This document shows, in pieces, positions 43,959 through 56,356 of a stretch of DNA of 64,000 nucleotides. The stretch lies in NCBI GenBank assembly GCA_964106915.2, contig OZ066914.1. One strand, 5' to 3'. Below the pieces are notes generated by a model. It was not told where the DNA came from. It saw only the letters and a list, made by a program, of their open reading frames with translations, and searched no databases. This DNA is from Podarcis gaigeae (Eukaryota). Position numbers and translations under genes: made by a program. Positions within the stretch are counted from its first letter, which is position 1; the number at the start of each line of letters is the position of its first letter.

Positions 43959-46900
43959 TCAGGCACTGTGTGCAGGCTGCAGGAGGTGGATCAATTTCTT
44001 ACAATGCCTTGATGATGAGGGCCGTGGGCTGCTGTAGGCACTAGTCTGAGGTTTGTTACATGAAAGTGCTTCCAATTTTTCACTTGCTCCGAGTGACACC
44101 AGCACCTGGAAAGATTGGGACAGATATATGTTGTGCCCTGGTATAGCCTATTGTGCTAAGCTATGTAGGGCATTAGCACAATTACTTAGAGAGGGCCTGT
44201 GTTTTTAATCCTGCCTCCAACATCACTTCCGCATTATCAGGACACTGTGTTGGGATTTCCATCTACTGCAAGTAATGCACAGCTGATTGAGGAATATGTT
44301 ATGTTGGGGATGGGACTGAAAACAAGGCCCCTTTTGAGTAATTATGGTAACTCCCTCAATGTGAATAACACAGCAATAGGATTCTATAGAGAGCCTCATA
44401 ACTCCAGTGTATCTTCAACGTCTGGTACTGAGAAAGATGTCATTCTGACAGAGCTGTTCAATAGTGGAACGAACAGACTCCCACGAGAGGTGTTGGACTC
44501 TCCTTCCTTGGAAGTTGTTAAACGGAGGTTGGATGGCCACTTGTCACATATGATCTAGTTGAGATTCCTGCATTGTAGGGAGTTGGGCTAGATGACCCTC
44601 AGGAACCCTTCCGACTTTACAATTCTATGATTCTTGGGGAGCACAGTCATGTTTTCATAGAAAGGGGACTAGCAATTTAGGATTGTATTCAGTGTACTGT
44701 CAGTGCACGGCCTTTTGGCTGTGCAAAGTAACTCCCCTTCCTCCCTGCAAACCCTCTAAATCTGTTAAGGGGCTTCCACAGCCATCAAAAGCAAATTTGG
44801 GGAAGGTGTGAGGTGCACAAGAATCAAGGAGAGTTCCATTGCACAAATGCCAATCCTTGCACTAACAGAGCAAGTGCATTGGATACCACCCTTACACATA
44901 AAAAGTGATGATTGTAACTAGGTAAAGGAAGAATGAGATCTACTGTTGGATGACCTAATATAAGCTCAGGGACACTTGGAACCAACAGAAAGTTATCATG
45001 GAAAAAACATCTATTCCTTGAGAATCCAGTGGTGTGATAGTTTGGAGCTCACTTATGTGCAACTGTTTTTGAAAGAATGGAACAGGTTGAGTTATATTGA
45101 TAACTGCTAATTAAGATGACAAAGCAAGTCAGCTATCACACACTGACTGTTTGTAAAGTGCTTCTCTCATAGAAAGGAAGGGTCAAGAGAATATGGCAGC
45201 TAATAGCAGCAATGAACTCTCAAGCCCCCCCCCCCCCGCCAACAAGAACCTACCAATGTCATTTTCCTTTTTTGCCCCAATGTACAAACCTCAATTCTTG
45301 ACCAGCAAGCAAAGCTTCATTATCCTCAACAATCACGGCAGGTAACCTTGCAATAAGGCTTCCGTTATGCATTGTCAGGAATTAACTGAAGCACAATAAA
45401 TCTGACTACTGGTTTATTAGGGCCTGCCCTCAGCTCGCCAAGTCTTTTCCCTCCACAGTTGCTGAACTAATACCTGGTGGATCCTGGGCTGCTGGCCAAT
45501 AGATCGAAGAGCAATGAGTGCTGCCTCTTGCACAGCTGGTTGCGAATCATGGCAGGCCACATCCAATAGACGACCAGGTACCCTGCTCTGGATCAGCAAA
45601 TCTTCCAGTTCCACCGACTGGCGGCCCAAGTTGCCCAGTGCTGAAGCTGCATTACAGCGGGTCTTGGCTTGCGGATCACTCAGGAGCTGAACAACCCAAG
45701 GGACTGCTTTGCTGAGGGCTGGAGTAAGAGGGCCAGCCTGGTAGGCTGCATTGCCAACAGCAAAGCTGGCTGAGCGTCGCACATGTTCGTCCTCATCCGA
45801 AAGGCATTCCAGCAGATGTTCCAGCAGCCCAATCTGGTCCTGCAGAACCTGAGGAAACCCCTGTCTGTGGCGCAGCAAGTTCCCCAAAAGGCTGCAAGTT
45901 TTGGCACGAACCGGGCATTCTTGGTGGCACAGCAAGTGGCTCAGTGGTTGGGAAGCAGAGTCTGAACCACATAGGAGTCTCTGTAGGAAAGGCAAGTGAG
46001 CTGGACTGGCCCGGGCTATGTGGGTGAGCAGAGAGAGCAAGTCTGCAGTAAGGGCTACTTGGTCTGATAGCAAAATGGCAGACAAGAAGGCAACAGCATG
46101 CTTTGAGGCAGCCACCCCCACCACCTGCTCAATGACTCCCTCGTCGCTCAGCACCAAGTGGCACAGGAGACTCAATGGCAACTCTGTCTCTGAGAAGGGA
46201 AGGTGGTGAATGCAGGCCTACAAAGAAAGCAAAAGCAGAATAGTGTCTCAAAGTGTGCATACCAGTATGAAGTTGGCACCAACCAAGTTGTGTTTGTGCA
46301 AAGACTTCTGCTTATGCTATGGAACTTACTTTCCTCACCCTAGCCACAAAATCTATTTGTAGTCTTTCCACAAACTGGACAACTTTGTTGGACATAACTC
46401 TGAACCTTGATCATTTTAAAAATGTTTCCCATAAAGGGTAAAAATTCCCTTATGTCTTTATGAGACTGGCATTTCCATCCCTTCCCCAGCCTACAACCCC
46501 CTTCAAAAAAGGCATTTGGTGCCTTGTTTTATGAAAAGCGGTTTTTTGAGTGCATCCACATAAGCACAACCACCATGAATCAGGATGAAAGGCATTGCTT
46601 TGTGTGGAGCAGGGCAACTGGTCTGGCTAAGGCAGAGTCTGCATCTAGTGCTTAGACGACCAACATGAGGTTTACCTGGAGTAACCGTGCAGGGATTTCA
46701 GAGTCCCTTAGACCTGTTGTAATAAGCTCTAAAGTTTCAGGGTCCATGTCCAGAGCAAAGGGGAAACAGAACAGCTGGCAAATTTGGAGCACAACAGCTG
46801 ATACCAGCTCTGGGTCACCATCCTCTTGCATCTGCCTGGAAGAGGGAAGAAAGCCGTCAAAGTGAGGTGTTAACTTCCAGCTGTAAGTATATTTGGGCTG

Positions 46901-49900
46901 CAATAGTAAGCTGCATAAGAGGCTCTGAAACCCTGGAGAGCCTCTTATCTGTCAAGTGTAGACAATAAATGAAAATGAGGTAGACTAACTTGATATAAGG
47001 CAACATTCTATATTCTATCTGTCCTGCTTGGCCTTCAGCCATTACATGCTGGTTTTAAGGGATGTCTTGAACAAAAAGTTAATTGCTCTGAGCCAAATCA
47101 CTGTTTTTTATAAAAGAAGCAAATATGCTCTTTTATACCTATGTTACACCAAGCGGGACACGGGTGGTGCTGTGGTCTAAACCACTGAGCCTAGGGCTTG
47201 CTGATCAGAAGGCCGGTGGTTCGAATCCCCGCAATGAGGTGAGCTCCCATTGCTCGGTCCTTGCTCCTGCCAACCTAGCAGTTCGAAAGCACATCAAAGT
47301 GCAAGTAGATACATAGGTACCACTCCGGCGGGAAGGTAAACAGCGTTTCCATGCGCTGCTCTGGTTTTGCCAGAAGCGGCTTAGTCATGCTGGCCACATG
47401 ACCCAGAAAAACTGTTGGCTCCCTTGGCCACTAAAGTGAGATGAGCGCCGCAACCCCAGAGTCGTTTGCGACTGAACTTAACTGTCAGGGGTCCTTTAAC
47501 TTTTTTGTGTTATACCAAAGCAGAAATAGGCTTAATGTGCAAACCTTATTTTGACTGTAATTTTTGGAATTAGGAATCAAATACATTGGCGAAGTTTGGA
47601 AAAGGGCAAGGAATAAGGTTTACATAGGGATGCTGTAATAAGAAGCTGAAACTGAGGAGAGTTTGGGAGATATGCAGAGCACAACTAGTGCCTCTTTCTA
47701 ATCTAATCTAATCCAATGGCCTGCTCAATAAAAATCTTTATGGACAAGTATAATCCTAAAAACTTCATCTTTAATATAAAAACAAAGGTTGTTAGAAAGC
47801 CAGATTCAGCTGCATGTATCTGGAACATTCCTGAGATTGAACATAGGGACACAGAAGGTTGCATATCATCCACTTCTGCGTCTTGGGGCAGCTTTCTTGC
47901 TGAAAATGGAAGTTGGTAAGAAGGGGAGGAGCTAGACCAAAATCAGGGTTGGGGGAGACTATATTGCTGTGCTGTGTTTGGGTAAATGACAAGTATGTTT
48001 CTATGCAGCAGCCCCCTGCCCTTGTTCCACTTTAGCAGCATTTGGTTTACTTCCTTCTATAGCTCAGCCCTGGATTTATCACTCACGTTTGTGCCAAGTA
48101 AGTCAGGAAGTCAGGTTCAAGCAGCTTGCTCAGGGTTGCCATCATGACCCCATTGGGCTGGCCCAGCTGGAGAAGGCACTGGTGAGGCTCTCGTGTGAAG
48201 ATGAAGAGGGCTAAGCTGAGGAAGAGCAAGGTTCCTACAGCAGGGAAAGTACGAGTGAGTACCCCTTAGCCCACCTATTCAATGTCCCCTTGCCTTTCCC
48301 AATCAGAGAGGTGACTGCCAGAACCAGGCCTGGCACCATGGAAAGACTGTGAGCATCCTTATATAAAGCTTCACCAAGACGAACCTCCTCATGAACCTCC
48401 TCAGGTGGTTCTTACTAAAGGAAAGCCACTTTGTACCTTGTGGTGAGATGAGGTTCCAGTATGGCTCTGGTGCCTGCTGGCCAGCTCTCGGGGTGTCTCC
48501 TTCCATCACTGGCTCCTGAGAAGTCAAGTGGAGCACCATGGCAAAGCGATGCCACACGATGCCCCAGAGTTCGGAGGTAGCAAACTCCCGCACTACTGCT
48601 GCATCTCCCTGATGGAAGAGGAACAAGCCCCAGAGCAGTGAGATGGGAGCCTAAACACCCTATCCTGCATTGCAGCTCAGGGATTGGCTCATCGGAGACA
48701 CCTTAATTCCATGGGTGCTCCCTCTGTAGCCTGACAGACCTAAACCCTTTCTGACTGGACCTCTCTTCCCACCTGTATCTAAAAAGCAGGAAGCTGGGCG
48801 TCCACTAAGAGGAATTGCTGCACATAACTCAGCTGATATGCCCAGAAAGGGCAGTGACTTAACTGCCCTCCCCATTTTGCTAGGGAATTTAAGGTCTTCA
48901 TCACCAACAACTGCAACATATATTTTCAAAGATGGAACAGGGTCAATCCTGCAGAATCCTAATACTCTGCTTTTATTACATTTTAGCTATCATAATATAT
49001 TTTAATTGGGTGGAAGCAAACTTCTAGTCCATAAGAGGGGGAAAACAATGTGGTAATATGCAGGTAGCTATAGGTGAGAGTTTGGCTGGAGTTTCTTCAC
49101 ACGCACAAATATACATACACAGCAAATTGTAGATAAGAATAGTGCAATGTCCTCAACAGTATTTTTTTTTAACTTTCAAATTCTGTAGAAAGAACTGAGC
49201 CACCTAGCCAGAAAATATGCTTGGAAATTATCATATCTATATAACTATGTTAGCAAATTGGGTTGTTTAGGTCCAGTTCTAGACTGTACGGTCTTTCTCT
49301 ATCTCAGTGTTACCCAACCTGGTGCCCTCCAGATGTTTGGAAGTCTACCTCCCATCAGCCCCAGTTAAGTGTAGATTAGAAAATGGTTGGGGTGATGACA
49401 ATTGTGGCCCAAAACATTGAGGATGCCAGGTTGGGGAGGGCTGCTCTGTCCTTTGACCCAAAGTGGCCCTTCCAACTTCCAAGGAAGTCCATGAACAGAC
49501 AGCACAGCACCTGGATGAGAGCCAGTTCCCTACTGCCAAGAGCTGAGGGGCTACACACGGCCTTGGCGGAATTAAGCAGGCCATTGCTTACCTTACCCCA
49601 TTCTGCTTCACCTAACAGCAAATACTTTCCCTAATACCTCCTGGATCATTTGTGTACATCCTCTTGAGCAGCCTTTGCCAACCAGGTGCCCCCAGATGTT
49701 AGACCATAACTGTTTGTTGGACCACATGCTGGCTGGGGCTGATGGAAATTACAATCTAGCAACATCTGGAGGTCACCAGGTTGGCCAATGCTGCTCTAAA
49801 GAATGCAAGGAGCTGCTTGGTGGGGCATGAAGTCATACCTGGCTTAATAGCTGCAGCATCAAGAGCAGGAGCCCATCATAGAAACCAGCTCCCATGGGAG

Positions 49901-52900
49901 GTGGCAGGCATAGCTGAAAGACACCAAGAGAAAGGACTAGACCTGAGACAGTGACCTCAAAGTCAGCCACTATATGGCATGACAAGCATGACACAGCCAG
50001 TGGCCTATGTGTCCTGATTTGCCCCTGTCTACCTGGAGCTGGTTTCTTACCTCCGCAGGTTCTGTGAATACAGTAGCTATAATGGCCATGGCTTCCTCTT
50101 GCCTGAGCATCACAGCAGCGCCATTTTGAATGAAGTATGTCAGCAGCAATCCTGCAGCACTCTGCATAAGAAAGAGAGACCCCTCTGTGTGCAAGAATGG
50201 CCAGAATGCCTTCTTTACTTGCACTAGATGCAAATCTAGTTATTAGACTCACTGCAGGAATGGGAATGCTGCTTTCTCCTTCATAGTCTACAGAAGTCCA
50301 ACTCCGATACCTCTGATATGACAGGGTAACAGGCAGACCATGCCATTTCTTTGCAGTCCAGAAGTATCTAGTACACACTTGTGGGACATGTGGGAACAGT
50401 GGGATACCTCTTTTTCACAGCTTGTGAAGCTCTGTCTACAATACCTCCAACTGTGTGTGGGGGAAGATAACTGTTTGGTTCTTTCCTTGACATTAGTGAG
50501 AATCCATCACTCTCCATCGGGTGCAGAGTGGAAGAGTTCCTCGTGAGTACAAACCTACAGCTGGGGCTACTACCAATCAGATTACACATATGGGGTAAAA
50601 GAATCTATATAGACAGTTCTAAACTCTACCCTGGAGTAGAGATTACTCACTAGAACAGAGGTAGCTGTTGCATGGTTGAAAAGAGCCAAGGCTTCCTTCA
50701 GCACTATTTCAGACCTAAACCACAATCAAAGAAATAGCAGCATTAGAAGGATGAAGCAATGAATGCCAAGGCCCTCATCTTCAAAGCTAGCAATACTCAC
50801 CAGACACTTAAGTGTGTGCCTGGAAAAGGAACGGCAGCCAAAAACTAAGGCTGGGGCTCAAAAAATGTGGTTATGTTATGTAGCGGCTTCAGTGGAATCC
50901 TAAAAACCAGTAATTTCATTTTCTAAACATCAAAAAAACTTCTTGGCAGCATTGTTGCTCACTACTGGGTAGTTTCTGCTTCAGACTAAGAAACCATCAG
51001 TTCAGCACGGCTTACAGTCACCAGAAGTCTAGTCCTTAACACAGATGCCAGCTCTCTCCTTATGTATACTCTGTGTAAATAGCTGGGAGGCTATTGCTAC
51101 TGGGCCCCACTCTGGGCAAGCTGCTCCTGAGTTTAGGGCAGCTACAGCAAACATTAAAAGAGCATAGTGGGAGGGATGTATCTGCTTACAGAGCACAGTG
51201 AAGCACCATTGCACATCTTCCTGCAAAACATCTCTTGGACTGGCACGTTTTGCGATAGGGCATATCCCTCAAAACCAGGGTTGTGTTGGACATTTCCGGA
51301 GAACTGCAGATCAGTTTCCCCTTTTTGTCAAGTGCCTCCCCATTTTAGCACTGACTCTCCTTACTTCTTGCCAGTCTACTTCTTGCCAATCCACACAACT
51401 CAAGTTAAGTCTCTGCGAGCCTTTTCCCTTGTTCCCAAGCAGTCAAGGCAAGAATATGAAAGGTGCCAAAGCAACAACACTTACTGAGGTGGGAGGATCT
51501 GTAGCTGGAGGAGCAGGAGGGAGAAGAGTCTCAGTGAGGCTTCAGCTGCCTGTACTTGTGCCACTTCAGTCAGTGGGACCTTTCAAAGAGACAAGGCTCA
51601 GTCCTGAAACACTGGTCCCACAAACCATCACCTTTCCATCCCATATCCACTCCTAAGAGAAGCTACCCAATGTTCCTCTCACAATGTTTTGCTCTAAAAC
51701 CATGCTTATCTCAGTGCCCCTCCCCTGCCCATGCCAATCATGTTGGAACGCCTCTCCTGTTTCCACACCATCCTTTCCCTGATACAGTTTCCAGTTCCTT
51801 GCTCATTAACTCTCAAACCCCAGCATCTCTGGTTAAAAAAGGATCAGGGAGTAGGTTGACGAGAAAGACCCCCTGATTGAGACCAGGGAAAGACACTTCC
51901 AGTCAGAGTGGACAATATCAGATGGAAAAATAGTTTGACCTGGTAAGAGGCAGCTTCCTTTCTGCCCCACCCCACCTTCTTAGGGCTGAGACTTTGCATG
52001 TGCTCATGATGAGGCAGTTCTCTTTGCAGTTTCAGAATAAAAAAATACCTTGCCTTGCAGGGCACAAATCAGGAAACTCAGCCTTTCTGGAGTTGCTAAG
52101 CGATGGCACAGAGTCAGACTGACATGGCAACAGGCATACAGGACCTGGGTGATGGAAATGCAAAGCAAGATCAGACCACCGAAGCATCATCACTTTCTTC
52201 CCAAGTGAGGAGGGAAAAGGGAATGCATTAAGGCATGTTGCCTCCAAGGATAAGATGGCCTGGGCACCAATTCCCCGACTCCCAGAGAAGCAAAAGGAAC
52301 ATGGGGAGACGCGTTACCTTCATCCCATTGAGAGAAGAGGCAGAGCGCTCAATTCCTGAGAGAAGACTTGGCAGCAGGTCATTATCTTTCTCAATGAGCT
52401 TCTGGGCTACTTGCTGAGAGATCTGCAATGGAAATCCCTTGCCTTCAGTGCTAACACCATTATCAGTTTCCACCACTTGAGGGAGCAATATAGTCAACCT
52501 CTCAGAAACATAAATGCCAATAAAACTCCCACCTGCTTTTTGGCCTTATGACATGTGCTGTGCCCTCCTGGGATGCCGCAGGATGCAGCCAGGGCTCCAG
52601 TAGAGGCAACTGCCAAGTGTTCACTCCACTCTTGCACTGCCTTTGCTTCTTTGGGGAACACTGTTGGGGAGCAAACAGAATACACCAAGTAAGGTTAAAT
52701 ACACCAACTGGAAGTGGAACAGAAATGCCACTTACAGTGATATTATCTATTATTGTCTACTTTTATTTGTCACTTTTTTGCTCAAAGTGGACCCAAGGCA
52801 ACTTACAAGAATAATACAAATATTAAAACTAAAACAGAATAAAAACCTAAAAATGCATCCTCCATATAAAAGGGAGGTCTACTACATCCATCCTACCTTT

Positions 52901-55900
52901 AAACCATCAAATTAAGAGTGAAAAGCCTGGGTAAAAGAAACATTTTTGCCTGGTGCATAAAAATAGAGATGACACTACGCTTGCCTCTCTGGGCAGAGCA
53001 TTCCATAATTAGGCAGCCACCACCGAAAAGGCCTGTTCTCATAGAGCTGTAGAGTTGGAAGGGACCCCAAGGTTCATCTAGTCCAACCCCCTGCAATACA
53101 GGAATATCAACTAAAGCATCCATGGCAGAGGGCCATCCAACCTCTGCTTAAAAACCTCAAAGGAAGGAGAGTCCACAACCTCCCAAGAGAGATCACTCCA
53201 CTGTTGAACAGCTCCTACTGTCAGAAAGTTCTTTCAGATGTTTAGTCTGGAATCAGGAGCCATTTTGCATTATCCCAAAATGCAGTCAGATGGGCACATT
53301 CTCCACAGCATTTGTTACCTTCCTGAGCTGGCTGCTTACAGCTAGCCCCGCGGCAGAGCACATCCAGAAGGCGGTGATGCTCCTTAAGCAAGCTGGTGTA
53401 AAAGGGAATGGAGATGGATGGGCAGGCACAATCCATGCTCTCACACAAGTGGGTGAAGCACTGTAAGGACAAGAGACAAGGGATGCTGTTGCAGTGAGGA
53501 TAGTATAGGTCTGGGAGTTGTGGGGAGCCTAGAGCAAGAGTGGGGAGACTTTTTCAACCTGAGGCCCGCATTCCCTTCTGGGCAACCTTCCAGAGGCCAT
53601 ATGCTATGCTGTATGTAGCCAAAGACAAAAGAGGGCACAGAAATGAATGTACTACAAATATGTTATATATTTTGGGATGTAGGAACAATAGCTGCTCCTC
53701 ATCTTTGAAAAAGTCAAACTCTGGGTTGGAACACATTTCTGTCCCAAGCCTTAAAACACACAGGTTCCAGGGGTAGGCAGGGAGAAGTGAACATTAAATT
53801 GAGAAGAAAACTGAATTAAATTTAATATAGTTTCCCTCAAATTAAATTTAATGAAATTAAATTGAGCATTGAACATTAAAAGGATGCTGAAGGGAGAGGG
53901 AGAGAGACTGAGACAAGATGGAGATGAGTAGACCAGGAATAGGAGGCTTCAAAGGGACCCTTACCATCAGGCTTTGTTCTCGCAGCCTGCTCTCTTGGTC
54001 TGTGGGCTGAACCAGCAGTGCAGGTAACAGGGCAAGGAAGCGACTGGCAGAACTGTGGAATGCCTGCAAACTAGAGAAGTATCTGTGTTTATAGGTTTGA
54101 CATAGAAGCTTAGCCTTGAAACATGGCAGTGAGCTCAACACAGGCACTCAGATTCCCTCTTTCTTTGGCCAGTACTGTATAATTGTGTAATGCTCAGAAC
54201 CTGTATGATGGCAGGTAACTAGGGACATTATATGCCATTTCCAGTTCTCAGACTAAATACTGGCACAAGGCATCAGAGTGTGGAATGAAACTGCTTCTTT
54301 TTGGTATTTACTGTATTCATGCACACTGTGCTTTAATTTTGCCTACTCCCATAATTCACCTTCATATTTCATCTGCCATGAAAGTGTCTTACCTTTGCTT
54401 CTTTCCACTCTGCTGTCGGTTGAAATCACTGGCAAAGTAGGCTGACAGGACAGTGATTAAGTCTATCAGTAGGGTGATGTACCAGGGCTGCTGTGGGATA
54501 GAGAGAGAGGTATGTGTTCTTGGGGCTGGATTCCAACTGGTTGGGTGCCCCATAGAAAGAACCAGTAATCAAGAACTACCGGAATCATCTGCCAAGGTAA
54601 GAAGAATGGGAGGAGGAGGAAACTAACAGGGTTCTGAGTAAAGTGGGCTGAATTCTGTGCCAAATGTAACTTTTGTACAGATGCACAGAATCTGTAGAGG
54701 AAAGACTGTTTTCCATTACAGTGTGAACTCCATGTGGCACAAAATTTGGGATCAAAGAATGAGGCTTTTAAATAATCTCACCAATAAATGTTTTTAGTTC
54801 CCAGAGTTATCCACATATATGTTAAACATGCTGGTATCAGCTGTGGTAAGGTCAGACACCCTGGAGGTTTCAAGCAATCAGGTGATAAAGTTACTGAGCC
54901 AAGCCCTCGGTTCCTAGTCCCTTGTCAGCCATTCATACCTCCTCTTCTTCCGAGCTGCTTATGATTCTTGTCAAAATATCCCAGATTCTGCAGAACACTC
55001 TAACAGTGCTTTTAACCTTGTGCAAGTTAAATACTTTTACATAATGAACCTTCTTTTTTTAAAAAAAATCCAAACACTATATGCTTAGTTTGGATTATAG
55101 TCCAATAAGAAAAAGGTCCAAATAACAGCCTGCTAGACACCTAGATGCTTTAACTCTTCAAAATGCAAGTACCCGACATGGTGTCCTCCAGATAATGTGG
55201 TCATCATCCCTGACCATTGACCATGCTGGGAGGGAGGGAGTTGTAGTCCAAAGCATCTGGAGGGCACCACGTTGACTACCCCCTGTTTTGGCGAATGCCT
55301 CTTCTCTACCTGCTTGATGTTGATACTCTCCAGGATACTTCCCGCTAGCTCCACAAGGAAGTGGGATAATCCTGTGTCACTGCAGAAGTTGTACAACAGC
55401 TCCGTGTCACAGCGGGTACCTAACAAGTTGCCAATAACATGGAGGGCAGGGCGAAGATGGGAAGCTCCCTCCAGCATTCCCTCCAGCACCTGTATAAGGA
55501 AAAGGGGTAAATGTACATAGGACATACAACTCTTCCCCATACAGGGCAAGAGTCATGACACCAATGCCTAAAGTGCTCTATAAACATCATCAAACTACTG
55601 ATTCCACAGTCACTCTGTCTTCAACAGCATCACAGCACACTTGCCATCCCAAAATTCATCCATGAGATGTTGCTCCCAACTAAAGAGTTAATGACATGCC
55701 CAGCTTCCTTTCTAGGATCCACACATTTTTATAAGACCTCTATACCCTGTCAGGGATGTGGGTGGCGCTGTGGGTAAAACCTCAGTGCCTAGGACTTGCT
55801 GATCGCAAGGTCGGCGGTTCGAATCCCCGCGGCGGGGTGAGCTCCCGTCGTTTGGTCCCAGCTCCTGCCCACCTGGCAGTTCAAAAGCACCCCTAAGTGC

Positions 55901-56322
55901 AAGTAGATAAATAGGTACTGCTTTATAGCAGGAAGGTAAATGGCGTTTCCGTGTGCGGCACTGGTCTGGCTCGCCAGATGCCGCTTAGTCACGCTGGCCA
56001 CGTGACCCGTAAGTGTCTCCGGACAGTGCTGGCTCCCGGCCTCTTGAGCGAGATGAGCGTGCAACCCTAGAGTCGGACACGACTGGCCCGTACGGGCAGG
56101 GGTACCTTTACCGTATACCCTGTCAATTCTTAAGAGTCTCCATCTTTCCAAGCTGTCCCTAGTCTTTATGTATGTGGCTCATCATGTACTAGCTGAAAGG
56201 CCAAAACTACCAAAGGAATTCAACAAGGAAAGAGTGTTTCCACCAGTTTCTTTCCTCTTCTCTCTGTAGGAAATCTCGCTTAGCTTCTGAAGGACATACC
56301 CAGCATACAGCAAACATAACGT

Positions 56323-56356
<34 letters not shown>

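Noticed and set aside
49833-50589. Long minus-strand ORFs as extra STK36 coding sequence
   Set aside because: The phase-consistent, homologous exons are 50714-50651, 50161-50051 and 49913-49839. The rest is intronic read-through.
51844-51939. Exon-like segment starting VKLFFHL after a CAG acceptor
   Set aside because: It ends in a stop without a donor. The true homologous exon is 51579-51485.
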